The translations under genes and the position numbers were made by a program. A DNA stretch of 61,606 bases, filler included, from Nitrospinota bacterium (lineage in GTDB: Bacteria > JAUXIQ01): assembly GCA_030620925.1 (NCBI GenBank). It is 14 parts of 14 records of this genome, joined end to end, with 100 filler letters (N's around TTAATTAATTAA, not from the genome) between each part and the next. Parts side by side here need not be neighbours in the genome. Positions count along the whole stretch, not along the records: positions 38,859 to 44,014 come from JAUXIQ010000173.1; positions 44,115 to 47,349 come from JAUXIQ010000345.1; positions 47,450 to 50,791 come from JAUXIQ010000323.1; positions 50,892 to 58,381 come from JAUXIQ010000087.1; 10 more parts are not named here. One strand, given 5' to 3'. The stretch's first letter is position 1; the number at the start of each line of letters is the position of its first letter. This document shows positions 43,268-53,221 of this stretch, piece after piece. The notes beneath the pieces are model-generated. The model searched no databases. It saw nothing but the letters and a program-made list of their open reading frames with translations, and was not told the origin of the DNA.

Positions 43268-44014
43268 CTATTTTCTCTTCTTTTTCTTGCCCTTTTTGAG
43301 CTGATCCGGGGGGTATTTGGTCTTGTGGTCTTTGAAATGGGTATACGGCTTTTCAGTTTCCAGCTCGAGGCTTACGTGGCTCCCCAGGTTTGCCTTTAAA
43401 TTCTGCGGCAGGGAAACAGAGACTAACCAGTTATCCCCTTTAAGGTAAAAGTATACCTTTTTCGTTATATCATAATAAACAGAGACGGAAGGATAGTAGT
43501 AATAGCGATGTTCCGCCGCGCTTCCGTGGGCTTTAGCCGGGGGTGATGGAACAGGTTTGGCTTTTGCCTGTACAGTCGGTGGGCCCTGCTTGGCCTTTGC
43601 CTGTCCTGTCGGTATGACAGGTTTGACCTTTGTCTGTCCTGTCGGTATGACAGGTTTGGCTTTTGCCTGTACAGTCGGTGGACCCTGCTTGGCCTTTGCG
43701 TGTCCTGGCGGTTGGACAGGCTTAGCCTTTGTATGTCCTGGCGGTTGGACCGGTTTGACCTTTGTATGCCCTGGTGGCAGGACAGGTTTGGTTTTTGCGT
43801 GTCCTGGCGGTTGGACAGGCTTAGCCTTTGCGTGTCCTGGCGGTTGGACAGGTTTAGCCTTTGCGTGTCCTGGCGGTATGACAGGTTTGGTTTTTGCGTG
43901 TCCTGGTGGTTGGACAGGTTTAGCCTTTGCCTGTCCTGGCGGTATGACAGGTTTAGCCTTTGTATGCCCTGGTGGCAGGACAGGTTTGGTTTTTGCGTGT
44001 CCTGGCGGTTGGAC
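43268..44014 (-). CDS. Pro/Lys-rich repeat protein with Tyr-rich C-terminal domain (5'-truncated; missed by the track)
   Basis: 249 open codons from the contig edge: (VQPPGHAKAKP)-like x14, then AHGSAAEHRYYYYPSVSVYYDITKKVYFYL...YPPDQLKKGKKKRK*; terminator follows. Confidence 0.85.
   Translation of the reverse strand, partial: VQPPGHAKTKPVLPPGHTKAKPVIPPGQAKAKPVQPPGHAKTKPVIPPGHAKAKPVQPPGHAKAKPVQPPGHAKTKPVLPPGHTKVKPVQPPGHTKAKPVQPPGHAKAKQGPPTVQAKAKPVIPTGQTKVKPVIPTGQAKAKQGPPTVQAKAKPVPSPPAKAHGSAAEHRYYYYPSVSVYYDITKKVYFYLKGDNWLVSVSLPQNLKANLGSHVSLELETEKPYTHFKDHKTKYPPDQLKKGKKKKRK
43553..44014. repeat. 33-bp coding tandem repeat, 14 imperfect units, running off the contig
   Basis: Unit approximately GGTTTAGCCTTTGCGTGTCCTGGCGGTTGGACA. 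Confidence 0.95.
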
Positions 44015-44114
44015 NNNNNNNNNNNNNNNNNNNNNNNNNNNNNNNNNNNNNNNNNNNNTTAATTAATTAANNNNNNNNNNNNNNNNNNNNNNNNNNNNNN
44101 NNNNNNNNNNNNNN

Positions 44115-44318
44115 CATAACCGTGACGTCCTGCCCGTCGATCATTATCCGGCCCCGGTCGGGCTTGATGAGACCCACGATTTGTTTAATGAGAACGCTCT
44201 TGCCCACTCCGCTGGGACCTATGAAAACAGTTATCTTGCCCCCCTCTATATGGCAGGATACGGAGTCCAGCACTTTGTTATCCCCGAAGGATTTGGTTAC
44301 GTCTATCAGTTCTATCAT
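44115..44318 (-). CDS. MlaF/Mkl-type ABC ATPase (3'-truncated)
   Basis: Walker A GPSGVGKS, LIKPDRG; downstream of two MlaE-type permeases. Confidence 0.85.
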
Positions 44319-44324
44319 TGCCGG

Positions 44325-45065
44325 TTAACCATACATCAGTTCGCTTAAAAAGTAATTTATTACTATGGACAGGGCGGATATGCTCACTATGCTTCTGTTT
44401 GTGGCCTGCCCCACACCACGGGCACCCGGCTTGGAATGGTACCCGAAGTAACAGCTCAGGATGCAGATGACTATGCCGAAAACAAGCCCTTTGACCATGC
44501 TGAACATTATGTCCCTGGGAGTCACGAAGTTCGCCAGGTTGAGCATGAACACGCCCGAATTGACATTTAGCTGATAGACCGACACGATGTAACCGGAAGC
44601 CAGGCAAAAGAAGTCGGCTACCAAAACCAGGAGCGGCACCATAACCATCACGGCCAGGAATTTGGGCACCATGAGGTACCAGAAGGGGTTCACCGCCATA
44701 ACTTCCATGGCGTCTATCTGCTGCTTCACGCGCATGGTGGCGATGCTCGCCGCCATCTCCGACCCCGATTTGGCCGCCACCATGGCCCCGGCCACGATGG
44801 GGGCCATCTCCCTTATGCTGGCCATCCCCACGAACATGCCCACCATGCTTTCACCGCCGAATTCCTTGAACAAACCGTATCCCTGAATGGCGATACTGGA
44901 ACCGATGAAGAAAGCCACCGCCCCCACAATGGGCAAGGAGCGGATACCGATGCGATACGCTTCCTCGAGGAACATCCTGAAGCTGGGTGTGGCGATGAAT
45001 ATCCAGCGAACGATATCCCAGCCGAAAAACCCTATTCGTCCTATTTCATGAAACAGTCTAAACAT
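44325..45065 (-). CDS. MlaE/YrbE-family ABC permease
   Basis: REMAP, MRVKQQIDAMEVMAVNP, GARGVGQAT. Confidence 0.9.
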   Translation of the reverse strand: MFRLFHEIGRIGFFGWDIVRWIFIATPSFRMFLEEAYRIGIRSLPIVGAVAFFIGSSIAIQGYGLFKEFGGESMVGMFVGMASIREMAPIVAGAMVAAKSGSEMAASIATMRVKQQIDAMEVMAVNPFWYLMVPKFLAVMVMVPLLVLVADFFCLASGYIVSVYQLNVNSGVFMLNLANFVTPRDIMFSMVKGLVFGIVICILSCYFGYHSKPGARGVGQATNRSIVSISALSIVINYFLSELMYG

Positions 45066-45147
45066 TATCTACGGTCCGTCCATCTGCTCCTTATGCCGCT
45101 TCTCACCCATGGTGGGGAGAAGCCGGGTTAACGGCGCGAGCACGGGT

Positions 45148-45915
45148 TTACCCCGTAACGTTATACATTGCGTAAGACAGGAAATAGTTCACACCCAGAA
45201 AGAGAATGATGGATTGCACCACCGCGTCATTTACCGCTCTTCCCACGCCTTCCGCTCCGCCGGTGGCGTTGAAGCCCTTGTAGCAGCTCACCATTCCGAT
45301 TATTGCGCCGAACACAGTGGTTTTTATAACCCCGCTCCATATATCAAAGGCATTGACGAAGGTGTACAGGTCGGCCACGAAGGCGCCGTGATTGACTCCC
45401 TTCAGCCAGACGGCAACCACGTACCCGCCGGCTATGCCGGTGGTGGCGGCCAGCGTGTTTACCAGGGGGCAGGCCACCATGAGGCCGATAAAGCGCGGCA
45501 CCACCAGGTATCTCATGGGGTTTACCGCCATAACCTCATGGGCGTCTATCTCATCCTGCACCCGCATGGAGCCCAGCTCCGCGGTCACCGAGCTCCCTCC
45601 CTGTGCGGCGATCATTATTCCCGCCAATGCCGGCGAAAGCTCCCTGAAGATAGCAACCACCAGTATGCTGCCCAGTATGCGTTGTGTTCCGAACAGTTGA
45701 AGCGCTTCGACTCCCTGCAATGCGATCACCATCCCGAAAGGCGCCACCACCGATATTACCGGCAGCAGACAACGGGAGGTATGTTCCCTGATGGAGCGGA
45801 TGGTCTCGAAGGCATAATAAGGAGGGGTGAAGGCGCAGCGGACTATAGTCAGGACGAAAAGACTTATCTTGCCTATGCCCGACAGGTGTTGATAAATACT
45901 GAGATTGTTGGCCAT
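45148..45915 (-). CDS. MlaE/YrbE-family ABC permease (second paralog)
   Basis: RELSP, AELGSMRVQDEIDA, GGAEGVGRA. Confidence 0.9.
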   Translation of the reverse strand: MANNLSIYQHLSGIGKISLFVLTIVRCAFTPPYYAFETIRSIREHTSRCLLPVISVVAPFGMVIALQGVEALQLFGTQRILGSILVVAIFRELSPALAGIMIAAQGGSSVTAELGSMRVQDEIDAHEVMAVNPMRYLVVPRFIGLMVACPLVNTLAATTGIAGGYVVAVWLKGVNHGAFVADLYTFVNAFDIWSGVIKTTVFGAIIGMVSCYKGFNATGGAEGVGRAVNDAVVQSIILFLGVNYFLSYAMYNVTG

Positions 45916-46060
45916 AATAGCTCTGTCAGTTGTAAAATGTATGCTTGAAAACCTTATTTTTATCTATATTCATTATTCATTATGTTATTAGCAAATATAT
46001 ATTCACGTCAACCTAATTAAAGCTCACAGGCAGCCGATTTCCGGCCTGAGGCAAGTTCGG

Positions 46061-47349
46061 ATGCAGCTTCGGGAAAGGAATTTTTACGCAGGTAAGCAGA
46101 GAGGCTTACAGCGTTATGGCCGACACTTCTTGTTGTTTCCCCTATTATCTATTCTTGCTGTTTTTCCAGGAGGCGCCAGGTCTTCAGGAGATTCCCTTTT
46201 TAAAGATGTAAAATTCGTGATGCCGGGTAACGTCAGGTCTGTTATTTTGGAGGATATGGATGCCGACCACTTGAAGGACTTGCTGGTTTTTTTTACCGAA
46301 AACCAGCACCCGATCACTGAGCGCAGGGGTTGTATATTCTGGCAGATATCGGCCAAAGGATTCCCACCCGAGCCCGATCAATGCTGGGCCGTGCCTTCCA
46401 GGGCGTCGATCATGGATACCGGCGATATCGATGGAACACCCGGCAGAGAAATATTTTACTTGACGCCCGAAGGGGTCGTCCTATCATCCCTTAAGGGCAG
46501 GGTCTACGATTCACCAGTGCCTTTGATAAAACAGAATGCCTGCCTCCCAATCTCAGCCGTTCAGGAGCTCCCGGCGGTTGACTTCTTTAAGGACTGGGAC
46601 GGTGACGGCCAGGACGAAGCGCTGCTGTTCAATCCCGAAAAAGCCCTCTTTTTTAAGCGCCGGTCCGATGGGAACACAACCCTGTGGAGCGAGATCAAAC
46701 AGGCCCCTCGCGCATATCTGTCGGAGACTCCCCCCTCCCAGTCTCTGGACAGGAATTTTATCCTCCGCCAATCCCTCTGGATGCCGGAGATTAGAAGTAG
46801 TGGGGCCGGAGTGACCTTTTAGTAACATGGATGGATGAGCTAACCGTATACCTGCAGGGGGCTGACGGCCTTTTCCCCTCAGAGCCTTCATTCGAGTACT
46901 TTTTCCACCTCATGGATGAAAGGGAGCGGGCCGAGGAGCACGCCATCGTTCACGTCGAGGTGGTGGACCTGCAAGGAGACGGTATGGCCGATCTTGTCCT
47001 GAGCAAAATGGAAGGTGGAATAACCAACGCAAAAAATAAAATACTGGTATATATTAAAAACAACGACGAGCTGAACCCGGCTTCGCCCGATCGGGTGATA
47101 GCCAATGTTAAAGGCGCGGCGGGGGGTATAGTGCACGACGCCAACGGTGACGGACGCGGCGACATAATTGTGCCCTCCATACGGATGGGCGTGCTCTTGT
47201 ACATCAACATGTTTATCAGCCGACAGGTGACCGTTACCTTTGCTTTCTATCTCATGAACGAGGAGAATAGCTACCCCGGTAAACCTGCGACCTCAAGGAA
47301 GGGGATATCGTGGGGGCCATGCCGAGGTTAAATGGAGATTTCGATGGCG
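46061..47349 (+). pseudogene. FG-GAP/VCBS-repeat secreted protein broken by frameshifts
   Basis: DxDGDG motifs (DIDGTPG, DWDGDGQDE, DLQGDGMADL, DANGDGRGD). GRSDLLVTW precedes the second ORF in its frame (break near 46800); LNGDFDG at the contig end is in a different frame from the second ORF. Confidence 0.65.
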
Positions 47350-47449
47350 NNNNNNNNNNNNNNNNNNNNNNNNNNNNNNNNNNNNNNNNNNNNTTAATTA
47401 ATTAANNNNNNNNNNNNNNNNNNNNNNNNNNNNNNNNNNNNNNNNNNNN

Positions 47450-48333
47450 ATGTCCCCGCACTTGATCTCCAAATAACCGCAGATTTGCACCTCGCCTGTA
47501 TGGGATATGAAGGCGAAAGACTGGCCGCCCATGCAACCCTTGGTGACCGCTTCCATGCCGTGGGTCTCGAAGTCGAATTTTATGCCGTCCTCTTTGGCCC
47601 GCTGCCTGAGGACCCTGTAGTAGTGCGGGCCGCAGGTAACTTTAATGTGCAGAGGCACTTTCTCCTTCTGGTCGTAGACCCAGTTGAGCAGGTCTTCATA
47701 CTGCTGGGGGCTTATCTCCTGGTCGATGATGTTTTTGCCCCTGCCCACGGGCACCAGCAGGAAGGGGTCGAAGGCCACGGCGCCCAGCTCGTAGGCCAGC
47801 TTATGTATATCTTCCAGGAGGTGGATGTTGTGTTTGGTGACGGTGGTGTTTATCTGGAACTCCAGGCCTGCTTCATTCAGATACTTGACGCCTTGCATGG
47901 CCCCCTCAAAGGCGCCGGGCACCTGTCGGAAGGCGTCGTGCGTCTCGGCGTTCGGGCCGTCCAGGCTTATGCTCACTCTCTGAATGCCGGATTCCACCAT
48001 CTGTACGGCGTTTTCCCTGGTGATGGAGGTGCCGTTGGGAGACAAGACCATCCGCAGCCCCAGGTCTGTGCCGTAGCGGGCGATCTTGAAAATATCCTCC
48101 CTCAGCAGGGGGTCCCCGCCGGTGAGGATCATTATGGGCTGGGCGAAGGAAGCCACGTTATCCAGCAGCTTCAGGCATTCCTCGGTGTTGAGCTCGTTGG
48201 GATAGGGGCCGAAACGGGCCGCGGCCCGGCAGTGCACGCAGTTCAGCTTGCAGCTTCGGGTAACTTCCCAGGCGATCAGCCTGGGGAGGGGCGCTTCATC
48301 TTTATTTCCATGTCCTTTATGTCCGGGGTGCAA
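47450..48333 (-). CDS. ahbD: Heme b synthase, radical SAM (3'-truncated)
   Basis: RLIAWEVTRSCKLNCVHCRAAA, TGGDPLLR, LLVPVGRG, TCGPHYYR, TKGCMGG; TTG start at 48333 after AAGGAG; follows hemB. Confidence 0.88.
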
Positions 48334-48359
48334 AGCCTTGTTCTCCTTTGAATTATCCG

Positions 48360-49337
48360 TTACAGACCCTGAAGGGTGGCCGCCGCTTTTGGGGCGAAAT
48401 AGGTGAGTATCACGTCCGCCCCGGCGCGCTTGATGCTGAGCAGCGCTTCCATCATCACTTTTTCGCCGTCCACCCATCCGTTTTCCGCCGCGGCCTGTAT
48501 CATGGCGTATTCGCCGCTCACGTTGTAGGCCGCTAGGGGTACCCCGAACTCGGCTTTGACCCTGTAAATAATATCCAGGTAGGGGAGGGCGGGTTTCACC
48601 ATGACCATGTCCGCTCCCTCGGCCAGGTCCTGCTCCACCTCGCGCAGGGCCTCGTCGCCGTTTGCGGGGTCCATCTGGTAGGATTTGCGGTCGCCGAACT
48701 GGGGCGTAGAGTCCGCCGCCTCCCTGAAAGGTCCGTAAAAGGCGGAGGCGTATTTGGCGGCGTAGGACAGTATGGGGATATCCTGGTGTCCGTTCTGGTC
48801 GAGCTTCTCCCTGATGGCCGCCACCCGGCCGTCCATCATGTCCGAAGGGGCTACGATGTCCGCGCCCGCCCGCGCGTGGGATAGAGACTGCTCGGCCAGC
48901 AGCTCCAGGGTGGCGTCGTTGTCCACGTCCCCGTCTTTGATGACGCCGCAATGTCCGTGGCTGGTATACTCGCAGAGGCAGACGTCTGTCAGGACCAGTA
49001 TGTCCCGCACCTCGTCCTTGATGGCGCGGATCGCCCGCTGGACTATTCCCTGGTCGTCGTAACCCTGGGAGCCCAACTCGTCCTTGCTCTCGGGGAGCCC
49101 GAACAGAATCACCCCCAGGATGCCCAGGGCCTGCACCTGTTTGACCTCGGCCACCAGTTGATCGACTGAAAAATGATAGGTGCCGGGCAGGGAAGAAATC
49201 TCTTCTCTGATCCCGTCGCCCGGGCACACAAACATCGGATAGATAAAGTCGCTGGGCGAGAGCCTGGTTTCACGAACCATCTCCCTTATGAGGCCGTTTT
49301 TCCGCAGCCGCCGCATCCTGGTGTTGGGGAAATACAT
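48360..49337 (-). CDS. hemB: Porphobilinogen synthase (Zn-type)
   Basis: [43 protein letters not shown]. Confidence 0.97.
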   Translation of the reverse strand: MYFPNTRMRRLRKNGLIREMVRETRLSPSDFIYPMFVCPGDGIREEISSLPGTYHFSVDQLVAEVKQVQALGILGVILFGLPESKDELGSQGYDDQGIVQRAIRAIKDEVRDILVLTDVCLCEYTSHGHCGVIKDGDVDNDATLELLAEQSLSHARAGADIVAPSDMMDGRVAAIREKLDQNGHQDIPILSYAAKYASAFYGPFREAADSTPQFGDRKSYQMDPANGDEALREVEQDLAEGADMVMVKPALPYLDIIYRVKAEFGVPLAAYNVSGEYAMIQAAAENGWVDGEKVMMEALLSIKRAGADVILTYFAPKAAATLQGL

Positions 49338-49372
49338 GGCCGCTTCTCCTTATTGTTTGAGCAAGCCGGTAG

Positions 49373-50554
49373 TCAGGCGATGCCGATCTCTTCGTCGGTG
49401 AGGTAGCATGCAGGGTCCTGGTGCCAGATGTCGCCGTGGATGGCTTCCGCCCTGACCCGGAACCCGCCGCAGATATCCTGCCATTTGCAGTCTCCGCACC
49501 GCCCTTTCAGAACCTCCTTTTTATTTCTGAGCCCGTACATGACGGGATCGGACAAGTCAGTCCAGATTTCGCTGAACTTGCGTTCCCTGATGTTGCCGAA
49601 GGTGTAGTGAGACCAGAACTGGTCGGCGTGTACGTTGCCCAGGTTGTCCACGTCGGCGATTTTGTATCCCGAGCCGTTTCCTCCCTGCATCTTGAGCAGC
49701 TCCATGATCTCCTCGGCCCGCGCCGGGTCTTCCTTGAGGACGGAGAGGTAGAGGTAGACGTTGTCGCAGTGGTTATCGACGGTGAGCAGCTCCACGTCCA
49801 TATTGTTCCTGTCGTATTCCATGGCTTTTTCGAAGAGGAAATCGAGCACCTTGCGTTTCTCGTCGGCGGGCACGTCGTCTTCGACCATACTGGAGCCTCG
49901 CCCGGTGTAAACCAGGTGATACATGCAGAACCGGGGCACACCCTTCTCTTCCATCACTTTCATGATTTCAGGGAGGTCTTTGTAGTTCAGCTTGGTGAGG
50001 GTGAACCGGATGCCCGTCCGGACGCCGAATTCCCTGCATAGTTGTACACCGCGCATGGCTTCGTCGAAGGCGCCTTTGTGCACCCTGAATTTATCGTTGG
50101 TTTCAGCCAGTCCGTCTATGCTGATCCCCACGTACTGGAATTTCACTTCCTTGATTTTCTTCACGGCCGCTTCGTCGATGAGGGTGCCGTTGGTTGAGAT
50201 AACCGCCCTGAGCCCCTTTTCGGTGGCGTAAGCGCCCAGCTCGTAGAGGTCTTCCCGCATGAGGGGTTCGCCGCCTGAAAAGAGGATGACCGGAGCGCCG
50301 AAATCGGCTAAATCGTCTATGAACGCTTTTGCCTCGTCGGTGCTCAGCTCGCCCTCGTCGGGTAGGTCTTTTGCATGGGCGTAGCAGTGGATGCAGTGGA
50401 GGTTGCACTGTCGGGTCATGTTCCAGACCACGATCGGTTTGGCGTCATCGGCGAACCGCAGCATGTCGGCGGGCAATTTAGTGACGTCCCTGCTATACCG
50501 GATGGCATCGGCGGGAGTCGCTTTGTCACACAGGAGTTTGGTGATTCCCAGCAT
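49373..50554 (-). CDS. ahbC: 12,18-didecarboxysiroheme deacetylase (Fe-coproporphyrin synthase), radical SAM
   Basis: KPIVVWNMTRQCNLHCIHCY, FCMYHLVYTGRG, LTVDNHCD, SPASM Cys cluster, DPACYL; context ahbC-hemB-ahbD. Confidence 0.88.
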   Translation of the reverse strand: MLGITKLLCDKATPADAIRYSRDVTKLPADMLRFADDAKPIVVWNMTRQCNLHCIHCYAHAKDLPDEGELSTDEAKAFIDDLADFGAPVILFSGGEPLMREDLYELGAYATEKGLRAVISTNGTLIDEAAVKKIKEVKFQYVGISIDGLAETNDKFRVHKGAFDEAMRGVQLCREFGVRTGIRFTLTKLNYKDLPEIMKVMEEKGVPRFCMYHLVYTGRGSSMVEDDVPADEKRKVLDFLFEKAMEYDRNNMDVELLTVDNHCDNVYLYLSVLKEDPARAEEIMELLKMQGGNGSGYKIADVDNLGNVHADQFWSHYTFGNIRERKFSEIWTDLSDPVMYGLRNKKEVLKGRCGDCKWQDICGGFRVRAEAIHGDIWHQDPACYLTDEEIGIA

Positions 50555-50932
50555 TAAATGGGCCTTTCTCGCAAAATGTTTTGAAAATCAGGTGGACCAT
50601 CCGCAGTCCCTGCCCGTGGGCGTTAAAATGTGCGAAGAGGTCTTTCAAGGGGGTGCATGTATGTTTAATAGAACGTTAAATACCTAATTTAATTATAATG
50701 TTAAGGGCTCCAAAGTCAACTGTAAAGCGACCTTCGGCCCATTGCCCGGCACGTTATGCGGTTGTAGGGGCGGGTTTCAAACCCGCCCACCNNNNNNNNN
50801 NNNNNNNNNNNNNNNNNNNNNNNNNNNNNNNNNNNTTAATTAATTAANNNNNNNNNNNNNNNNNNNNNNNNNNNNNNNNNNNNNNNNNNNNCATCGTAAT
50901 AAACTGAAGATTTCCCATGAGGAGGGGACAAA

Positions 50933-51994
50933 ATGAGCGGAAAAGATTCTTACGGCGTTCTAATGAAGAATTTAGGTTTCCCAGAGTCGGGCACGCTCAG
51001 GGCGCTGCTCGAATATCTCATCTCGCCGCGGCAAGCGGGCCTGGCGGCGGCCATGCCCGGGCACCCGGATGATCTGGCGGAAAAGCTGGGTATGGACAAG
51101 GCGGCGGCTATGAGCGACATCCATGACATGTACCGCAGAGGGATAATATTCCCCAAAAACAGGTATACCATGGAGAAGTGCCGCTTCGCCAAGACGGCCG
51201 GTGAATTTCACGACGCCATAGGTTCACGCCTCACCAACGACCCTGAGGCGGAACCCATGCTCTATAAGCTGATCTGGGATTTCCGGCGTTCCGACATGGA
51301 CAAGGATATGGCCGAAAGGTCCGCTAAGTATGAGGCCCCTATAATTCGCGTGGTGCCCCCCTACATACTGGTCAAGGACCATCCCGAGCTGCTCCCCAGC
51401 GAAAACCTGAAAGAGCTCATATCGGCCCAGAGCTTGATCGCCGAGGCTGGATGCACCTGTAGGAAGACTAAACGGGCCCTGAAAGACCCCTGCACATGCA
51501 CCTCCGACGGAGACTGCATCGTCTTCGGCCGCGCCGCGGAAAACTGCATCACGCGGGGTACGGCGAAGGAGATAACCCAGGAAGAGGCCATGGATTTCTT
51601 CATCAAGATGGAAGAGAACGGAGTCATCCACAACTGGCTGAACTATGCGGGCACGGAGCTTTACATAATGTGCAACTGCTGTCCCTGCTGCTGCATCGCC
51701 ATTCATCCGCTGCGGGAGCATGGTGTGGACTATCACAAATGGTGGACGCCCAGCCGATGGGAGGCAAAGGTAGACGCTGAACTGTGCGCCAGTTGTGAGC
51801 AGTGTGTAGACTACTGCGGCTTCGAAGCCATAGAGATGCAGGAGGTTGAAGGGGAAGATAAGGCCGTTGTGCTGCCGGAAAAATGTATGGGATGCGGCGC
51901 CTGCGTCATACGCTGCCCCAATGATTCCATAAATTTCGACCTGGTGCGGCCGCCGGAGCATATCCCGGAAAAGCTTGTCGCTACCTTCCATTAA
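50933..51994 (+). CDS. 4Fe-4S dicluster-binding protein with N-terminal HTH-like region
   Basis: CTCR, CNCCPCCC and two CxxCxxCxxxC ferredoxin motifs at the C-terminus. Confidence 0.85.
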   Translation: MSGKDSYGVLMKNLGFPESGTLRALLEYLISPRQAGLAAAMPGHPDDLAEKLGMDKAAAMSDIHDMYRRGIIFPKNRYTMEKCRFAKTAGEFHDAIGSRLTNDPEAEPMLYKLIWDFRRSDMDKDMAERSAKYEAPIIRVVPPYILVKDHPELLPSENLKELISAQSLIAEAGCTCRKTKRALKDPCTCTSDGDCIVFGRAAENCITRGTAKEITQEEAMDFFIKMEENGVIHNWLNYAGTELYIMCNCCPCCCIAIHPLREHGVDYHKWWTPSRWEAKVDAELCASCEQCVDYCGFEAIEMQEVEGEDKAVVLPEKCMGCGACVIRCPNDSINFDLVRPPEHIPEKLVATFH

Positions 51995-52043
51995 AGACGG
52001 GCACCGCCCCTGGACCGACAATCGGAGGAGAAAGGACAGACGT

Positions 52044-53204
52044 ATGCCCATTCAGATTTTCGATGAACAACATAACCTGTTCAGGAACTCGCTGCGCCGT
52101 TTCTGCGAAAATGAGATCGCGCCCTATGCCGAGGAGTGGCGCAAGCAGGGGGAGGTTCCCAGGGAGATATGGCGCAAGCTCGGTGATCAGGGCTTCATCG
52201 GCTACTGGGTAGACGAGGAATACGGCGGCGCCGGACTCGATTTTTCCTATTCAGTTATCATGGCCGAGGAGCTCACACGGGCCGGTTCGACGGGCTTCAA
52301 TGCAGGGTTCAGCGTCCACAACGATATCGTTATGCCCTATATTGGTATGTTGGGCAGCCACGAGCAGAAGCTGAAATGGCTCCCCAAGTGCTGCACGGGA
52401 GAATATGTAATCGCCATCGGCATGACCGAACCCGGTTCAGGCTCCGACCTGGCGGCGTTGAAGACCACCGCCGTTCGCGACGGCGACGACTACGTGCTTA
52501 ACGGTCAGAAGACCTTCATCACCAACGGCTACAACTGCGACCTCATCGTGGTGGCCTGCAAGACAGACCCCAAGGCCGACCCGCCTTACAAGGGCGTCTC
52601 TCTAATCGTTGTTGAGAACGGCACACCGGGCTTCATCAAGAACCGCAAGCTGGATAAGATAGGCCTGCACGATTCGGATACCGCGGAGCTGTTTTTCGAT
52701 GACTGCCGCGTGCCGGCGGAAAACCTGCTGGGAAGGGAAGGGGACGGGTTCATCCCCATGATGAAGAACCTCCAGCAGGAGCGCCTCATCTCCGCCGTGG
52801 GTTCCATAGTGGGAGCGGAGGGCATGCTGGAAATCACGATCGAATACACCAAGACACGCACCGCCTTCGGCCGTCCTATATGCTCCTTCCAGCACAACAC
52901 TTTCAAGATAGTGGAGATGGCCACCGAGATAGAGATGGCCAAGACTTTCACCTACGCGCTGGTGGAGGAGCACCTGGCAGGCGTGGATATCACCCGGAAG
53001 GTCTCGATGTGCAAATGGTATAACGCCGAGCTGGCCAATCGCGTGGCCTACCACTGCGTCCAGCTCCACGGCGGCTACGGCTACATGGAGGAATACCAGA
53101 TCGCCCGCGCCTACCAGGACGCCCGCGCTGGGACCATCGCCGCCGGTTCTACTGAGATCATGAAACGGATTATAGGCAGTATGATGGGATTGGGAGAAGA
53201 TTAA
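52044..53204 (+). CDS. Acyl-CoA dehydrogenase (LCAD-like), copy 1
   Basis: MTEPGSGSDL, NGQKTFITNG, QQERL, QLHGGYGYM; 386 aa. Confidence 0.95.
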   Translation: MPIQIFDEQHNLFRNSLRRFCENEIAPYAEEWRKQGEVPREIWRKLGDQGFIGYWVDEEYGGAGLDFSYSVIMAEELTRAGSTGFNAGFSVHNDIVMPYIGMLGSHEQKLKWLPKCCTGEYVIAIGMTEPGSGSDLAALKTTAVRDGDDYVLNGQKTFITNGYNCDLIVVACKTDPKADPPYKGVSLIVVENGTPGFIKNRKLDKIGLHDSDTAELFFDDCRVPAENLLGREGDGFIPMMKNLQQERLISAVGSIVGAEGMLEITIEYTKTRTAFGRPICSFQHNTFKIVEMATEIEMAKTFTYALVEEHLAGVDITRKVSMCKWYNAELANRVAYHCVQLHGGYGYMEEYQIARAYQDARAGTIAAGSTEIMKRIIGSMMGLGED

Positions 53205-53221
53205 CAGAAGGGAATCGCCGA

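Noticed and set aside
43557-44014. Plus-strand Cys-rich repeat ORF (LAFACPGGWTG)n as a RiPP precursor or metal-binding protein
   Set aside because: It is the antisense of a minus-strand frame that runs into a coherent C-terminal domain, stop codon and terminator. It has no convincing RBS and no modifying enzymes nearby.
43553-44014. 33-bp repeats as a CRISPR array
   Set aside because: Units are head-to-tail with no unique spacers, their length is a multiple of 3, and there are no cas genes.
47398-49227. 609-aa ORF suggesting a long N-terminal extension on AhbD
   Set aside because: The first ~300 aa are an alternative frame of hemB. The likely start is TTG 48333 after AAGGAG.
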